Source: a virus
Lineage: Duplodnaviria; Caudoviricetes
Virus record (IMG/VR): IMGVR_UViG_3300012346_000372
Location: 1 to 28,117 of that record
Reading direction: 5' to 3' (one strand)
Length of the DNA: 28,117 nucleotides
The notes below the pieces were generated by a model. The model was not told the DNA's origin and did no database searches. It saw only the letters and a program-made list of their open reading frames with translations. This document shows, piece after piece, positions 26,408 through 28,117 of this stretch; the stretch's first letter is position 1; each line of letters begins with the position of its first letter. A program made the translations under genes and the position numbers.

Positions 26408-26524
26408 TTATTTTTTAGTTTTAAAGGTTAATATTCCGCATACAATTAATGCGCCTGTCATTACAATAAAATTATCGGTACTCATTCCGATAGTTGCAAC
26501 TGATAAAAAGATAATTGTTTTCAT
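26408..26524 (-). CDS. Small hydrophobic peptide (38 aa), first gene of the leftward transcript
   Basis: MKTIIFLSVATIGMSTDNFIVMTGALIVCGILTFKTKK*. Confidence 0.5.
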   Translation of the reverse strand: MKTIIFLSVATIGMSTDNFIVMTGALIVCGILTFKTKK

Positions 26525-26545
26525 GTTTTAAATATTTTGATAGGG

Positions 26546-26618
26546 CAAATGTAAAATGAAAAAAGTTATAAAAAAAATTATTTTATATCTTTTTATTTAA
26601 AATATTTGTATATATTTG
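26546..26618. promoter_or_regulatory. Divergent promoters with candidate operator
   Basis: Minus TACATTTG 26546-26553; plus TATATTTG 26611-26618; 13/14 inverted repeat 26560-26573/26581-26594 between them. Confidence 0.6.
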
Positions 26619-26638
26619 CATAAATAAAATTATAACAT

Positions 26639-26848
26639 ATGAACATACTACAAAAATTGATTTCAGAAACAGCAAAGAATAATAACACCTTTGCAAAAAT
26701 GGTAGGTGTTACGCCTTCAAAATTATCGTTACAGATTAAAAGTAAAAATCCAATGGCGCCAGCTATTACTTACGCTAAACTATTAAAGGTAAAATTAGAG
26801 TTTGAAGAAAATGGATGTAAAATTGAATTAGATTATAGTAAAGAGTAA
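26639..26848 (+). CDS. Cro/XRE-like HTH regulator
   Basis: NNTFAKMVGVTPSKLS..I...NP.......AKLL.V; 69 aa; divergent from the early operon. Confidence 0.7.
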   Translation: MNILQKLISETAKNNNTFAKMVGVTPSKLSLQIKSKNPMAPAITYAKLLKVKLEFEENGCKIELDYSKE

Positions 26849-26974
26849 CGGTTCTCGGCTTTTCGAAGAAGCCGATTTTGAAAAAAAAATGTTCAATTAA
26901 CAACTAAATTATAATAAAGATGAAAAGTTTAAAATTAGCACTGAAACGGATTTTTTGCAAAACCGATGTTAGGC
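26843..26974. mobile_element. attC-like site 1
   Basis: TAAC-ggttc-TCGGCTTTTCGAAGAAGCCG ... CGGATTTTTTGCAAAACCGA-t-GTTAGGC imperfect inverted repeat. Confidence 0.65.
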
Positions 26975-27141
26975 GAAGTGTTCTAACTATTTGGTGTTCA
27001 GATTTGCAAGAAGGATTAGATTTATGGCAAAAAGTGTATATGCTTGATGGGTGGGATGTTGTCCAACCAATCGAAGTGAGATGGAATTGGAAAAGGTTTG
27101 ATTACTTATACACTTTTCGGATGTCCAAACATTTCGCATAA
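26920..27141 (+). CDS. Cassette-borne hypothetical protein (73 aa)
   Basis: Starts inside hairpin 1, reads through GTT in frame (KTDVRRS), and its stop TAA forms the TAAC of hairpin 2. Confidence 0.65.
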   Translation: MKSLKLALKRIFCKTDVRRSVLTIWCSDLQEGLDLWQKVYMLDGWDVVQPIEVRWNWKRFDYLYTFRMSKHFA

Positions 27142-27231
27142 CGTATGGTGCTATGAGCAGGTTTGCCTTGCAGAAATGTTCAAATTTAGCACAAATGTTA
27201 TTGGCAAACTTGCTTATAGCACGTGTTATAC
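27136..27231. mobile_element. attC-like site 2
   Basis: GCATAAC-gtatg-GTGCTATGAGCAGGTTTGCC ... GGCAAACTTGCTTATAGCAC-gt-GTTATAC; 20-bp stem with two G-T pairs. Confidence 0.75.
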
Positions 27232-27288
27232 GCTGGCACGGTAAATTCAGCAGAAACTTTATTTGAAAAACTAAAAGAAAAAATAAAA

Positions 27289-27867
27289 ATGAGCAAAGGA
27301 GATTTTACAACATTAGGAGCATCAGCACATTCAAAAGAAGAACGTGAAGAAAACGATTTTTATGCAACAGATCCGAAAGCATTAGAGATATTCCTTGACG
27401 AAACAGGAATTGAATTGCGAAACGTATGGGAATGTGCTTGCGGAGAAGGGCATTTAGCAAAAGTATTAGATGCAAGAGGACTGCTTGGAAGATCAAGTGA
27501 TTTGATAGATAGAGGTTATGGGGTAACAGAAAGTAATTTCTACTACTCTTCTGAAATATGGGAAGGTGATATTTTAACAAATCCACCATACGTAGATGCA
27601 ATGAAATTTTGCCAACACGCTCTTGATTGTGTAGATGAAGGAAGCAAAGTAGTAATGCTGATGCGTATTCAATTTTTGGAAGGGCAAAGACGTAAACCGT
27701 TTTTACTTGCGAACCCTCCAAAGTATGTATATGTAAGTAGTTCAAGATTATTACTTGCAAAAAATGCAGACTTTGTGAAATACAATACACCCTCTGCCAA
27801 CTGTTATGCTTGGTATGTATGGGAAAAGGGATTTAAAGGCGAAACTACTTTACGTTGGTTTAATTAA
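27289..27867 (+). CDS. Cassette-borne amino (N6-adenine-type) DNA methyltransferase
   Basis: REENDFYATDP, VWECACGEGHL, DILTNPPY, FLEGQRR, YAWYVWEKG; ATG at 27289 after an A-rich leader. Confidence 0.88.
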   Translation: MSKGDFTTLGASAHSKEEREENDFYATDPKALEIFLDETGIELRNVWECACGEGHLAKVLDARGLLGRSSDLIDRGYGVTESNFYYSSEIWEGDILTNPPYVDAMKFCQHALDCVDEGSKVVMLMRIQFLEGQRRKPFLLANPPKYVYVSSSRLLLAKNADFVKYNTPSANCYAWYVWEKGFKGETTLRWFN

Positions 27868-27937
27868 AATGTGTGTGGGGAAATTTTAATTTTTTTTTCT
27901 CACAAATGTTCAATCGAAGAACGAATGTAGTGCTTGC

Positions 27938-27994
27938 GTATAACCAGCGGAGCTTTGCGAAGGCGTTTGCGCTTGCGCAAAGGTCTAGTTGGGA
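27938..27994. mobile_element. attC-like site 3 (short)
   Basis: GTATAAC-cagcggag-CTTTGCGAAGGCG-tttg-CGCTTGCGCAAAG-gtcta-GTTGGGA. Confidence 0.7.
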
Positions 27995-28058
27995 GAAGGT
28001 CTGAAAGAGCTTCTTCCTTTGGAAAGCTCCACTGGTTGGGAAAAAGTCGGAGACTTTT

Positions 28059-28117
28059 TCCCAACGTTCTGCATATTAACGATGTGGCATATTTGAACAC
28101 AAACGACAACAAATAAA
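28059..28117. mobile_element. attC-like site 4, left arm only (truncated by window)
   Basis: TCCCAAC-gttctgca... preceded by a 15-mer complementary to the cassette start at 27988; right arm not visible. Confidence 0.45.

Noticed and set aside
27305-27790. 161-aa minus-strand ORF
   Set aside because: Antisense to the methyltransferase, which has clear catalytic motifs
27900-28116. ORFs 27900-28112 (-) and 27934-28116 (+)
   Set aside because: Both lie on GC-rich palindromic site DNA, use weak starts and have no recognisable protein features
26846-28117. CRISPR array or simple REP/terminator series
   Set aside because: The hairpins differ in sequence and length, lack U tracts, and the end-complementarity tracks cargo boundaries

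Overview
AT-rich fragment of a tailed dsDNA phage (siphovirus-like) of a Bacteroidota host, most plausibly Flavobacteriaceae. The host call rests on TAnnTTTG -7 promoter boxes, a DUF3127-type SSB and AT-rich leaders without Shine-Dalgarno sites. Bases 1-26524 are one minus-strand block. In transcription order it holds small early genes, two DNA methyltransferases, recombination/replication genes (exonuclease, HNH, SSB, SF2 helicase, VRR-NUC, AAA helicase), a repeat-rich candidate origin, terminase, tail genes, tape measure, protease, capsid, tail tube, portal, adaptor and fibre/spike genes. A divergent promoter region leads to a plus-strand HTH gene. Immediately after it lies an array of integron-like gene cassettes separated by attC-like hairpins (26846-end), apparently inverted relative to their genes and with no integrase in the window. 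Other highlights: two sequence-unrelated but structurally equivalent kissing-loop/terminator 5' leaders, an unannotated -1 frameshift tail chaperone, and two 13-8-13 bp inverted-repeat sites beside a (TA)17 tract. Protein calls come from motif recognition by eye, not database searches.
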